Source of the DNA: Octopus sinensis
Taxonomy: Eukaryota
DNA length: 64,000 nucleotides
Assembly: GCF_006345805.1 (NCBI RefSeq)
Contig: NW_021825821.1
Span: forward strand, 62,001-126,000
Direction: 5' to 3'
How positions within the stretch are numbered: position 1 is the first letter of the stretch; each line of letters opens with the position of its first letter. The translations under genes and the position numbers were made by a program. Positions 1 through 12,357 of the stretch are shown here, one piece after another. The notes under the pieces are model-generated. The model made no database searches, had not been told where the DNA came from, and saw only the letters and a program-made list of their open reading frames with translations.

Positions 1-455
1 TAAGAGGCTCAATTTTTAAATTTAAAGTTACAGCAAAAAATTCTTTGCGCACAATATGTAAACCAAAATAAAAGCTTCTAAAGAAAAGCTTATATTTTGC
101 CAGAAAATTATCTGAATGTAATTTTCCCCATTTCCCTTTATTTAAAAAAGCAAAAGTCAATAGTACGCTTATTGCAAACAAATAGCATTCAACTGTATTT
201 ATTGAGTCAAAATTTAAACAAGATTTTCAGACTTTAGAATGATAGATTCATCATTAATATACTGACTTTGTTTTCAATACAGACAGTTCCAACTAAGAAT
301 TTTATTCCTAATTAAAAAAAACTTGTACAGAACTGTGAGCAGCTGCATTTATCACATTGATGTCCAAAACTTTAATAAAAGTTTGAATGTTTTTATTCAA
401 CTATTTCTGTTTAAACAATAAAGCGTGAATTAAAAGTTAGATTAATTAAATTTTT

Positions 456-1010
456 TCAATTTACTGGTCTTGGGGCTCCCTGAACAGCGTCATCATCTTT
501 CGTGATCCTCTTGCTATTATTTTGTCCTTCCTCAGAGTATTCGTTTTCTGTTACCTCATCATGTCTCTTCTTCATCGAGTTAGCTCCTCTTTGATGAGTG
601 TTCCATACTGCATAATCTTTGTTGAGAATTAATGCTTTAGTCATTACGTCTTCAAAACCATGTTTATATTCTACGAACATTCCTTCCAACGTCTTCTTTA
701 ATGCAATCGTATGGATGTATGCCAGAACACTGTCTTTAATGCCAATCAAATCCATGTATATTTTAAAATACTTGGAGGTGATCGCATCCCAGGTAATGAC
801 AATCGGAAGTATTCTGACTTTGGCTTTGTAAATGATTTCTAATTCACTTCCAGGATATCATATTTATGAAGTTTTTCAACTTTAACTGCTTTTAAATTAT
901 CCACACACGTCACTCCAATCTCTATTAACCATATGTGGTTTAATTTTTGTCGTATAGGAAAATGTCCGGCTTGTTATATTGAATTTTTGATTCGGTAGCG
1001 ATAGTAGTGT
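456..1010 (-). mobile_element. R4/Dong-like (RLE-type) non-LTR retrotransposon, 3' fragment, frameshifted
   Basis: Minus-strand frames give VDTTIATESKIQYNKPDIFLYDK / LIEIGVT..EK..KYD / RILPIVITWD...AYIHTIALKKTLE, the restriction-like endonuclease region; same family as 54395-55220. Confidence 0.7.
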
Positions 1011-1039
1011 CAACTCGTAATTCAGCACGATCATTGGTA

Positions 1040-2050
1040 ATTACTAGGGCAACCAGAAATATGACCTTAAAAAAGTTAAATATGACCATAAAAAATATGA
1101 CTTTATGACTTTAAAATTCTAAAATATAACTTAAAAATATTAAAATATGACCTAAAAAATCAAAATATGACCTATCGAATTTTGATTTTTAGATATTCTG
1201 AATTTGAAAATATGAAAAAATTAAACATTTCAATCAATGAATTTATTATAATATTGCATCATATAATATTTAATATTTTCTGGCTTGAAGTTTCTATCCT
1301 TTTCGAGCAATTTATTCAGCATAGAAAAGCTTCTTTCTGCAGATATTGATGTTGAAGGACATTTCCATAAGTAAATAAATGTTTCTGGAGAAATACTAGA
1401 AATTCTAGCATTTTTAATATTCGTCCATGGTAACATACTTATCCGCTTAAAAAATACTTGTTGATGTCACAATTATCCTCACCAAAATTAACGGAATCAA
1501 TGAATTCAATTGCATCTTTAATTGTATAAAATTTTTCTTAGCATTTTCTGATTTCATCAATAATAGGGTTGTATGAAGCCATTAACTCTGCCAGATTTTT
1601 CTCCAAATTTTCAGAGCTAACAGCATTTTTCGCATTCATCACAATCTTTCCACAATTTGGATAGGATAAGACAATTTCGCGAACTCTTGAAAGATGTCGA
1701 CTATAATATTTTGCTGCGTCCAACCAGTTGCCCCATCTTGTTAGAACAACATCAGGTGGAAGTCCAATAACTGTAAAAAGTCTCCTCCGGGAGGGATTTT
1801 TACAATCGACATTTTGATAGACGAGATTAAGTCGTCAATATATTTATAATGTGCTCTAATCTTTAATGCAAAATTGTGCAGAAGATGAGCAAAACAAGTT
1901 ATATGAATCATTTTAATATACATAACCTTCAATGTACTCGCTGCTAAAGTCATATAACGGGCAGCATCAGCAATAAATAATAAAAAATTTTCCATTTTTA
2001 TATCATAAATTCGAATTGTGTCATCCACAATTCTACAAATTGCAGATGCA
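1040..2050 (-). mobile_element. hAT-related (CGGBP/DUF659-type) transposase remnant with repetitive AAATATGAC subterminal end
   Basis: FLLFIADAARYM..MIHITCFAHLLH, LPPDVVLTRWGNWLDAAKYY, SAERSFSMLNKLLEKDRNF across frames; repeated aaatatgac(c/t) units at about 1057-1175. Confidence 0.65.
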
Positions 2051-2460
2051 TTACAAATTTGGATAGAGTTAGTCTTTAACCTTTTTAATTTTTTGAATAC
2101 AAATTTTCTGCATAGGTACATGTGTATGGATTTAACAATTTCGTTATGTCACCTTGTATAATCGGAATTAAGCATTCTATTGCATCGAGTTGCCAAATGG
2201 TCGACTTTCTTATTAGAAGATTTGCAATGTGGGCATTTCGAACCAAGCTCACGGAAGAAAAAATTCCTGTCCTGCAGAAGGAAGAACATGACTTCAGATT
2301 TAGGGGAAATATTTCCTTTTACAATCCATTTTAAGGATTTCTGTATATCGAAAGTCTCATCATCAAGTGATTCAAATAATTTTGAATGGAGAGTTTTCTT
2401 TTTAAATTTTATTGCACATGAATTCTTCCTTATTCTTTTTAGTAAATTTAAATTAAAAAA
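2050..2460 (-). mobile_element. R4-like retrotransposon fragment (CCHC zinc-knuckle region)
   Basis: LHSKLF..KGNISPKSE..FFLLQDRN / CPHCKSSNKKVDHLATRCNRMLNSDYTR*HNEIVKSIHMYLC; fused to the hAT remnant, so ORF 1741-2121 is chimeric. Confidence 0.7.
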
Positions 2461-2466
2461 ATAATT

Positions 2467-3310
2467 AACTATACCATTTCCTATACTAATTGGATAACGT
2501 CAAACAAAGTGGGATTAACGTCAAAACAAAGGGGATTAAGGTCAAACTATGTGGGATTAAGGTCAAACAAAGTGGGATTAACGTCAAACAAAGTGGGATT
2601 AAGGTCAAACTATGTGGGATTAAGGTCAAACAAAGTGGGATTAACGTCAAACAAAGTGGGATTAAGGTCAAACTATGTGGGATTAACGTCAAACTAAATG
2701 GGATTAAGGTCAAACTATGTGGGATTAACGTCAAACTAAGTGGATTACGTTTATTATAAATATTATATTCGACGCAGCAAATAAAAATGCCACGTAAATC
2801 ATTGAAGAAAAAAATCAAATGCATAGAAATAAAATACATTTAATTCAGCTGCAGAATCAGGTGGAGATTGGAAAAAAACAGCACTTGAACTCAATATCCC
2901 GAGAACAACGAGAACAATATAATTGGATGCATCTCAAATCTAGGACTCATTTACTGTAAAATCCGAAGGGGAGCTTTAAAAAGAGCAGATATGGTTAACA
3001 TAAAATTTTAAAAAAAGAATTTTTGGTGTTAATCCCATTTAGTTTGACGTTAATCCCACATAGTTTGACCTTAATCCCACTTTGTTTGACGTTAATCCCA
3101 CTAGTTGACCTTAATCCCACTTTGTTTGACGTTAATCCCACATAGTTTGACCTTAATCCCACTTTGTTTGATGTTAATCCCACATAGTTTGACCTTAATC
3201 CCACTTTGTTTGACCTTAATCCCACTTTGTTTGACGTTAATCCCACATAGTTTGACCTTATTTCACTTTGTTTGACGTTAATCCCAGTTAGTATAGGAAA
3301 TGGTATAGTT
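2467..3310. mobile_element. Foldback/MITE-like element with ~290-bp inverted arms built from 21-bp tandem units
   Basis: Ends aactataccatttcctatactaa / ttagtataggaaatggtatagtt; arms of gtgggattaa(c/g)gtcaaac(aaa/tat) units; spacer encodes MPRKSLKK..AAESGGDWKKTALELNIPRTT (transposase HTH-like start). Confidence 0.8.
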
Positions 3311-3376
3311 TTGAAATCTAAGTGCAATAAATGAATAAATTGTCATATCTTAGCAACTACATTTCTGAGATTGCAA

Positions 3377-4659
3377 ATGAAAAAATTAAACCATAATTTA
3401 CCTACACAGGCGACGATATCTTCATCGCTTCAAAAAAATTTATGCAATCAATTAAAAAACTGCAAAAAATGTAAAAATAAACATTTTGGTTAAAAATAAA
3501 TAAACAAATTAAATTAGAAAAACCCATCGATTCATTTGCACTGATGATCTTAACCGAAGACAAAATTATAAGTGACGAAGAATCTGACAATAAATATCGT
3601 ATTTCTAATTGTCATATTTTATTAAAGCTTTTCTAATTTTTAAACAAACAATAAAGTTATCCAAGCTTCATTGGGATCAAATAAAACGTCAATGCTTTAT
3701 TCGCGAATGTTCAGATGGATTGTGTCCAATATGTCACGAAGAATATTACCGAAATGCTCAGGTTGGTGAAATCACACAACTTAATACCCAGATTCTTCTT
3801 CCCTGCAGTCATTTATTTCATTCAGTCTTGACTTATATTTGATGTTTAGAAATGTTTGAACGAAGCTAAAAAACGGGCTAAGAACACGGCATGCCCCTTA
3901 TGCAGAAGCCTTCACAACGAGGCACTTTTGACATATGATTGGACTAAAACGCGTTTAAATTTGGCTGCAATTATGTTTTTTGACCTAATCTTAAAATTAG
4001 AATTCAAAAATACTGGCGAGGTTATCAATGCCGAAGGTCAATGTTTGACTTGATTAAAAACTGGCCCAAAAATAAAAAAATGAAAGACAAATTTATAATT
4101 GAAAAAGTAAAATAAATTTATTTTTAAAAACAGTTTAAAAAGAATATTCAAAGATCCGTAGATTTGGGTTTAAAGAGATCATTGAATGTAAACGATTTTA
4201 TCATCAAGATTGACAAAAACCTGAAATTACACAAATTTACAATCAAAAAATATAACGAAAAAATTAAAAATATATCCAAATCTGAATGGCGTCAAATTGT
4301 CCTAAAAGTAAAAGAATATTTATAACTTTTAGGCGTTGAATCGGAAAGAAGAAACATGCGCAATTTGTATTCGTACATTATATTCGAGTTTCCAATACAA
4401 GTCATATTTGGATAAAATTCATAAAATGCTGAAAATTACCGAAAATTCAAATGACGCAATTTTTGCTGATGTTGTTGTATCAAGGCCTCAACTGACATTC
4501 AATGAACTTGTTGTTCTCTCTTGTAGTCATATTTTCCATGGAAATTGTATTAACGTTTATGAACAAGTCGTCCCACCTCCTAGAAACAGTATTTGCCCGG
4601 TCTGTAAACAAAAAGATTTTATTACCCAAAAAATTACTCATGATTTATTTTTGTTCTAA
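3377..4659 (+). CDS. RNF32: RING-IQ-RING protein, RNF32-like (multi-exon; start approximate)
   Basis: WDQIK..CPICHEEY..ILLPCSHLFH..CPLCR, IQ motif IQKYWRGYQCRR, second RING CAICIRTL..LSCSHIFHGNC..CPVCK; 30-nt in-frame intron 3762-3791. Confidence 0.75.
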
Positions 4660-4724
4660 TTTTATTTTCATATTTTTTTATTAAAAATAGTTAAATTTTT
4701 TTGAAATAAATTAATTAAAGTAGC

Positions 4725-5967
4725 ATGTCAAATTCGTTCGGTTTTATGTAGCATAATTTAGAGTGCCTGAAAGTTTAAAAGATGCTATTTTTGTTGAAAG
4801 CAACCTGCCAGAAGGAATAGGAAAAAAAATTAGTGGTTATGATTTCAACAAAGGAGTTGATTATATTGAATTAATTTCATCTTATTCTACCTTCGGAATT
4901 CAATCGTCCAAACTAGCACAAGCATTCGACATTGTCAACAAAATGGTAGACTATCCAATATATTCACTAGATTGACTGTAAACTTATAAAGGACACTCTT
5001 ACGGAATATCCAGTGGACGCAGAGAGGCAATCAAACTGTCTTATATTCTTGGGATATACATCAAATATGGTCACCTCTGGAATCCGGGACATTATCCGGT
5101 ACCTGTGCGAACACAACATGGTTCGAATATTATTAAAAATATGATTAGATAGACTGTCTTGTCACTACTGGGGGAGGAATAGAAGAAGATTTTATCAAAT
5201 GTTTTGGGGATATGTACCTCGGGGATTTCGACCTCCCAGGCGATAAACTGAGGGACTGTGGCGTCAACCGAGCTGGTATTTTGTTTGTCTCTATCATAGG
5301 TAATATTTTAATTCCAAACAACAACTACTGTGCCTTGGAAACATGGATTATGCCCATTTTTGACCAAATGTTGTATGAACAAGATCAGCATGTAGAATTT
5401 GTCATTTTCAAATTAGAAAGTGAATTGGACTCCTTCCAAGTTTATCGAACGTCTGGGAAAGGAGATCAATGATGAAAGGTCAATTTACTACTGGGCTTAT
5501 AAGGTAAGTAACTTGGTCCTCATAGAAAGAACAAAATCCCGGTTTTTTGTCCAGCTCTGACGGACGGGTCCATAGGAGACATGCTGTTTGTCTACACATT
5601 CAACAATCCAGGACTGCGGATGGACATTATTGAGGACATTCGGAGGATCAATCGGCTTTCAATGAAAGCTCTGAACACGGGAATGATCATTTTGGGGGGA
5701 GGCTCAACTAAACATCACATTTGTAATGCAAATTTGATGGTTTGTCGTGTAAAGTGCAATTTGTAGAGAAATGGAGCTGATTTTGCAGTTTATATTAACA
5801 CTGGAACTGAACTTGATGCCAGTGACTCCGGGGCTTCACCCGATGAGGCCGTTTCGTGGGGGAAATTAAAGGCTGGTGCTCAGTCGGTGAAGGTGTGGGC
5901 AGAGTCTTCGACAGTATTTCCACTTCTGGTTGCCCAAACCTTCGCCCGAAGACAGTCTGAATTTTGA
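4725..5967 (+). CDS. DHPS: Deoxyhypusine synthase (8 exons)
   Basis: Spliced reading gives [67 protein letters not shown]|[19 protein letters not shown]; introns 4736-4761, 4946-4970, 5121-5148, 5276-5299, 5392-5416, 5504-5529, 5740-5766. Confidence 0.95.
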
Positions 5968-6029
5968 TATTTTTTGTTGCCTTTTAATACGGTTTATCAG
6001 CAATATTATTATTAGCACTTTCACGGGAG

Positions 6030-6506
6030 TCATAATGTTTATAACCCCGCATGTGCAGTAAAAAATATTAGAGAACTAATTAGATTGTTCCAAGCTCTCT
6101 TGTTCTTAGCTAGGTTTCTCAGAGAGTCCAGATTGCCAATGTTTTCTTCATTTTTCAAATCGTTTTGTAAAACAATCGGGAGGGTAGTTCTCAGTCTTCC
6201 ATGAAAGCTTCCTACATTGGAGGAGGGGTAGTAATCCTCTATTGCGATGTTCGGGGGGATGTCGGGTCTAACCTCAGGACGTGTCCAAAAAGTCTCAACG
6301 AATGATAATGATCTTGCGACTTTTTGGCGTACAGTCACATTTATTCTACAGTCCACTCCGAGAGATCCTGAATGGCCAAGACATTCCAGTTATGTTTCTT
6401 AGATGATTCTTGTGAAACGAGTAAGCCTCTCCATTTCCTCTTTTGTTGTGCCTCAGGTCCCAGAGTTGTATAGGAGGATTGATTTGATAAATATGTCATA
6501 TAGAAT
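6030..6506 (-). mobile_element. RTE-clade LINE 3' fragment (continues briefly at 7453-7500 beyond the CRE insertion)
   Basis: ILYDIFIKSILLYNSGT*GTTKEEMERL, HLRNITGMSWPFRIS, GRLRTTLPIVLQNDL..LRNLAKNKRAW. Confidence 0.7.
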
Positions 6507-7456
6507 GATCAGTTAGAAAAGAGTTCTTCAAAATAACTAATTAAGTGTCAGTAGTGGCTGCACCTCGGATTGCAAGCGAGTTACCTCGCAAGATTGCGAT
6601 CGATATCCTCTGGTACAGCCAGCCGATTTGGCGGTGGTCCTTCGTGCACTTGTGGATGCACTTCCCAATTTCGGTAAGAAGCGATGCTCCGGCCGTCACT
6701 ATCACTCCACTTGTCTCCACAGCAATCGGGACAAAGTGGTAATTTGGTGAGAAAAATTTTTTGCCTGTCATATTTAATGTAACCTTACTCTGCAAGGGTT
6801 TTGAACTGACTGAATTTTCTCCTGCCCTCGCTGCCTGGACCGCCTCAGGTCTTGCCTTCCCCGTGGAGGATCACTTGCAGAGGAGTTGGGACTCCATCCG
6901 CTGCAAAGAAGTGGTAAAGTCCCTTAAAGGAAGCGCCGATCAAGTTAAACTCGCCTCGTTGAATGCAGCCTGTCACCCGCATTCTGGAGACTGGTTGAAA
7001 GCCATCCCTCTGTCCACCGCTGGCCTCCTCTTGGATGATGAATCGACTCGAATCGGGACCTGTCTTCGTCTGGGAATTCCCCTTTGCCACCCTCACCGGT
7101 GCAAGTGCGGCCACATGATTGACCCCGATGGTCTCCACCCCCTTTCGTGCCGCTTAAGCACCGGGCGTATCCCGAGACACGCTGGCCTGAACCACGTCGT
7201 TAAACAGGCCCTCAATGCCGCAGGCTTCCCTTTTGTTCTGGAGCCTGCCGGCCTCGACCGTGGCAAGCGTCCAGACGGAATGACGGTCTTTCCATTCTCG
7301 GAGGGGAAATGTCTTGTTTGGGATGTTACCTGCGCGGACACCTTTGCCCCCGGGACCGTTGCTCAGTCTGCGTCCTCCCCCGGCTTCGCTTCCCGTCGGG
7401 CTGAGGAGACGAAGCGGAAGAAATACGCCTCTCTCTCACCAAATTACCACTTTGTC
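6507..7456. mobile_element. CRE-clade retrotransposon insertion with internal inversion (3' part on minus 6507-6752, upstream part on plus 6798-7456)
   Basis: RLE motifs GKRPDGMT.FPF..GK.LVWD.TC.DT and FVPIAVETSG..QRISIAILRGN; 13-bp direct repeat tgtcatatagaat at 6494-6506 and 7453-7465. Confidence 0.85.
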
Positions 7457-7534
7457 ATATAGAATTATTCTTTGTTTTATGTTATTCCCAACAATATTTA
7501 TAAATATATTTTATTTAGTAGTCTGTTTAGGTGA

Positions 7535-9440
7535 ATGGATGACATTAAATATGACAGGCAAATTAGGTAAATCATAGTAACCTTACTCTGCAAGGATATG
7601 GGGGCAATGGGGACAGAAGGCACTCAAAAAGTCCCATTGCTTAGTACTGGGTTCAAACGCTTTGGCCTCAGAAATACTCAAAAACTTAGTTTTAGCCGGT
7701 CATTATTTTATAATTATATTAAAGGAATCGGTTCTGTCACTATTGTGGACAATCAGGAAGTTGGAATGGACGATATAAGTACAAAGTATTTAAAAACCTG
7801 TTTTTTCTAGTTTTTTCTTGGACAATGAAAGCTTAGGAAAAGTTAATATTTTTAAATCAAATTTAAGCTCAGAGTTTCCGAGGTCTCCCGAGCATTAAAG
7901 GAATTGAACAACGAGGTCAATTTTACAGTCTACGAACAAGTGTGTTCACAAAATAATTTTCAGAACATTACAACTGCTATTTCTATGTCAAATGTGCTTA
8001 GAAACGCAGATATCGTCGTTTTGACTGATCTGCTTGGTCATGGGTTATTTTAATTTAAATGTTGCAGACATTTGGTTGAATTGGCGGATTTTTTGTGGAA
8101 CAATAAAATATATTTTGTCATTTGCCACTCCCGAGGTCATTTTGCTTTGTACAGATTTCTTTACAGCTGTCACTACGGTTTTTTATCAGCTAAAATAGTA
8201 ATTCTAGTTTTCCAGGGAAATAAAATTGACAAATTACCTGATTTTAGACTTACTTCTCCTTTTCCAGAACTAAAAGAATATTTTGACTCATTTCAGCAGG
8301 TGAAGAAGGCAGAGTCGATCCCTTGGCTTGTTGTAGTATATAAATGCCTGGAATTGTGGAGGCGGGAGAATTCTGGAAAATCTCACCCCTTGAGTATTGA
8401 GGAAAGAAGAGATTTTCGTAAAAAGCTATCTGACTGTATTTGTGCTTTATTCATGTTTTTAGTTGATTTTTTAAACTTTGAAGCTGTAAATGTCAATTTT
8501 GAGTGTATTCTACAGGCTCAGCAAGAGTTTATAGGCGCACTGCACGAGAACACAGTTTGTTTTAATTGCATTAAATTATTTAGATTAACGAAAAATTACG
8601 AGAATTATTTAAATTATCTCGTGTAGAAACTCTTAAACAAGTTTTTTATTACAGTTGAGATTTTTAATAGTCTGATATATTCTGGTACATTATCTCCGCC
8701 ATTGACGATTTTGTCTCAAAATTTGGTTGATTTTCGTTCGATCAAGTTTTAGGAGTACTTCCTCACAGTGGATACGTCCCGGATATGATTTCCGAGACAC
8801 ATCACTACACCGCACTTAGAAAAATTTACTTCAAAAAAGCCTCTCAGGATTTTGAATATATTTTGTCTACAGTTCTGAAATTGCTGCCAGAAAATGGAAA
8901 GGTATTTGGTTTTCAAATTTTAAATTAGAGTCAGTCTGGAGAGTTGGTTGATCTAGTCCGTTCCGTGTGTATTTTCATTCTTTTTTTTTATTTTTAGGCA
9001 GGCAACCCGAGGGACTGTGTTGCATGTCGACTACGCCTTTGTTGAGCAGGCCAATTTCAAACGGTGGCATGTGGTTTTAATTTCTAGGGAAATCAAACAC
9101 GGATCGAATTTATGACTGCTTCTTGACTTGTTTGTGTTATGGAGATTTCAGCTTGGTTTATTGATTTTCTATATTTTGTTTTTTTAGGAAACGATAAGCA
9201 ATGTGTATGAAGGACCAATTCCGGAAAGTATTTTAGAAATTGTCGATAACTTGTATATTTGGTTAGTTTTATTTTAGCATTCGTTTCGATTCAATTTGTG
9301 TTCATTCGGTCGTTTCTTTTATTGCTGGAACAGTAGCAGTGGAAATTATAAAGTTACTAACAGGACAGTTTACACCTTCATCGTCTGCAATGTTTTATGA
9401 TGGAATATCTCTTCGTGCGTATTTCTGTGATTATGAATGA
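7535..9440 (+). CDS. NAE1: NEDD8-activating enzyme E1 regulatory subunit (APPBP1/ULA1), multi-exon
   Basis: MDDIKYDRQIR|IWGQWGQKAL..SEILKNLVLAG|IGSVTIVD..|FFL; C-terminus HSVVSFIAGTVAVEIIKLLTGQF; many ~25-nt introns. Confidence 0.85.
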
Positions 9441-10459
9441 CTATATTTTTGAAATTTTTTTATAATCAGAAATGGTGAAATTGTGTTTTAATTTTATTAA
9501 AATTGTTCTACAACAGACGTCACCAAACTACGGCCCGCGACATTTTATCCGGCCCGTGCACTATTTCGAGATATTAAATTAATACCTTAATAATTAACTT
9601 AAATAAAAACTTTAATTAAAAAATTAAACTATTTTGCAAGATTTAATTCGAAAACAAACCACTGGAAAAGATATTTTTGATGAATTGGAACAAGCTATAA
9701 GTGACTATAACCTTTTTTTTATTACTAACAAAATATGAAAAAGTTAACTCGAGTTTATAAAGAGCCTGGAGGTCAGCTCAACGACGCCGCGCTGCGTATC
9801 GAGTGGCAGTTTCCGCGGAGCACCGCGACCGAGATTCGCTGGAAGAGCCAGCTCGTCTCCCTCCGGTCGTTGGTCTTCCTGGCAATGTCGGTAAGAAGGC
9901 GAGTCGCAGACCTGCCGACGATTCCGGATGTTTCGAAGGCAAGGGGGACAAACTCGTAAGAGTCCGAAATACTTCCATACTTCGTCCTCTTAGCGTCCTC
10001 AGCCTGAGCACTGGCTGAACCCGGGTTAGTGATGGTCTTGAGTAACATCGTCGCGGAGAACGAGTCAACACAAGTTGCATCCCAAATCAGGGATTTGCCT
10101 TCCCTGAAAAGGAAGGTAGTCATCCCGTCAGGACGCTTTCCATCACTCCGACAGAGACCGACTGGCTCTAGAGTGGAGGGGAAACCTGCCGACTCTAGTG
10201 CCCTTTTGACGACGTCATTGAAGTGAGTGTGGCGAGGAATTCTGCCAGCACTCTTCTTCCACGATAGGGCATGCAAACCGTTCGGCGAGATCGTAGACCC
10301 GCACCGGCATGGGTGGGGCTGACAGATGTCCAGACCCAAGCGTAAGCAAACACCAATCCGTAAGGATTCGTCGTCCAAAAGTAGTCCCGTACTAGGGGTA
10401 GGGAGTGAGTGCATTGAGCCAGTCTCTCGTATGCGGCTGGCAAGCGCAGTTTAGAGATG

Positions 10460-10935
10460 CCAAAAGATTCACGAATATTAAAGATTTTAACAACGGTTCA
10501 AATAGTCAAAATAATTGGAATATAATCAATACGACTCCAAAAACAAGAAAATATTGTCCATCCTAATTATTGTTAGGATTCACGCGTATCACTGTTGATT
10601 CCTCGTAAATACCCCTTTTTTGCTAAACTCTTGCAACGTATTTAAAGCCATAAATGAGCACGCATTATCACTCTACAACTACTACATTGGGCTCGTCAAT
10701 ATTGAGCCAACTGAATTTAAACAGATTTACAAAAATGCTTGATTGGATTGATGGTTACCGATACCTTGGAGTCCTAGAAAATATAAGAAGTGCAGTATTA
10801 AAAAACTAAGTACTGAACACACATTTTAGTGAATTAAAAAAGAGGATGGACAATCTATCAAAGACAAAATTAAACTCTTGTAACTTATTTGAAGCCATTA
10901 ATGAGCACTCATTATCCCTCTACAACTACTATACC
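10460..10935 (+). mobile_element. R4-like RT thumb fragments (partially duplicated)
   Basis: KAINEHALSLYNYYIG and YRYLGVLEN..KTKLNSCNLFEAINEHSLSLYNYY. Confidence 0.55.
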
Positions 10936-11064
10936 ATTTTCAAGTCAATTTGTCAATTATGAACCCCAAATTTACAATTACAAACTTCAAATGTCATCTG
11001 CATAATTCAAATTTACAATTACAAACTGCCAAATTCTCAATCTGTACAGCGTCAATGGGACGAA

Positions 11065-11857
11065 ATCTCTTGTCAGGCAATTTTCGAAGGCCTCCTTCCT
11101 GTCTCCAATCAACACCGTGTCGCTTGCCTCTGTGCAGGTTGCTGCGAAGGCAGCGGTGTCTGGTTAAAGGCTCTCTCTCTCCCTTCCATCGGGAACCTGG
11201 TGGACAAGGAATGCCTAAGAATTGCAATCTCCCTCCGTGTCGGGCTGAAAATCTGCCAGACGCACAAATGCCGTTGCGGGGGAACTGTTGACGAGTACGG
11301 TTTGCATCCCCTCGCTTGCCGGCGGAGTGCCGGTCGTGCCCTCCGTCACAGTGAACTCAACTCGATCATACAGAGAGCTTTCGCTTCAGCTGGCATCCCG
11401 TCAATCCTTGAATCTGTTGGATTGGATAGAGGGGATAGCAAACGCCCAGACGGCATGTCCACCTTCCCATACGAGCAGGGGAAATCCCTTATTTGGGATT
11501 CTACCTGTTCGGACACGTTCACGCTGGGGAATCTCGCTCTGTCCGCCACCAATCCTGGGCACGCTTCGAGGCAGTTCGAGGAGCGAAAGATTCTCAAGTA
11601 CGGCCACCTCTCCAACTCGCTGTTCTTTACTCCAATTGCCGTGGAGTCTTCCGGGATCTTCGGCCCCAAGACACTCCGCTTCCTTCGCTCGCTCGGTCGA
11701 CGGATTTCAAGGACTAGCCACGATCCAAGAGAGTATTTTTGGCTCCTGGAACGTCTGTCGATTGCTGTGATTCGAAGGAACGGCTTCGTCATTCGCGAGA
11801 CCTTTAATTAGCTTAGCTATCTTTTTACTTTTAGATATCGTTATTTAAAAAAAAAAT
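11065..11857 (+). mobile_element. CRE-clade retrotransposon, 5'-truncated copy (subfamily shared with 55423-56250)
   Basis: CRCG..DEYGLHPLAC, DSKRPDGMSTFPYEQGKSLIWDSTC, PIAVESSG, ERLSIAVIR; A-tail near 11848. Confidence 0.85.
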
Positions 11858-11899
11858 TTTAAGACAAAAAAAAATACAAACTTCTAATTGCAATTGAAA

Positions 11900-12357
11900 A
11901 TTTCAAATTTTGAAATTCAAGTTTGCATTTTATCAAAATATTGTATATACTAATTGTAATCATATTATGGGAAACAGAACAAATTTTATTTGTTAAATTA
12001 AAAATCATAAAGGTCCTCACCACGAGTAATTCGGGGATAATACCTTTCAACCCGGTTAACAAATCCCATTAATTTTTGTGGTGTTAAAACCTTTTTTGCC
12101 TCTCCTGCGATTTCTTCCAATATTTTTAGCCTATATTCAGAAATTGAAGAACCATCCGAAGTTTTGTTATATTTGAGAATTATTGGCATCTTTTCTCTTT
12201 GCATTTTTTTTACTTCTGCTTTGAAAGTACTCCAGGCTAATTCAATTGGGTTTAATAAGTAGGAATATGGAGCCAATCGTAAAAGTTCAATATTTTCTTC
12301 CTGCTCCACAACTGATTCCAATTGATTGTGAACATGAGCATTGTCAATTATAACCAT
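11900..12357 (-). mobile_element. Tc1/IS630-like transposase C-terminal fragment
   Basis: VIIDNAHVH..LLRLAPYSYLLNPIELAWSTFKAEVK. Confidence 0.7.

Noticed and set aside
2486-3327. Repetitive ORFs (e.g. LTLIP and GIKVK repeats)
   Set aside because: By-products of the 21-bp tandem arrays, open in several frames on both strands
9735-11792. Numerous overlapping GC-rich ORFs on alternate frames and strands of CRE copies
   Set aside because: Shadow ORFs of the GC-rich RLE coding region, not independent genes
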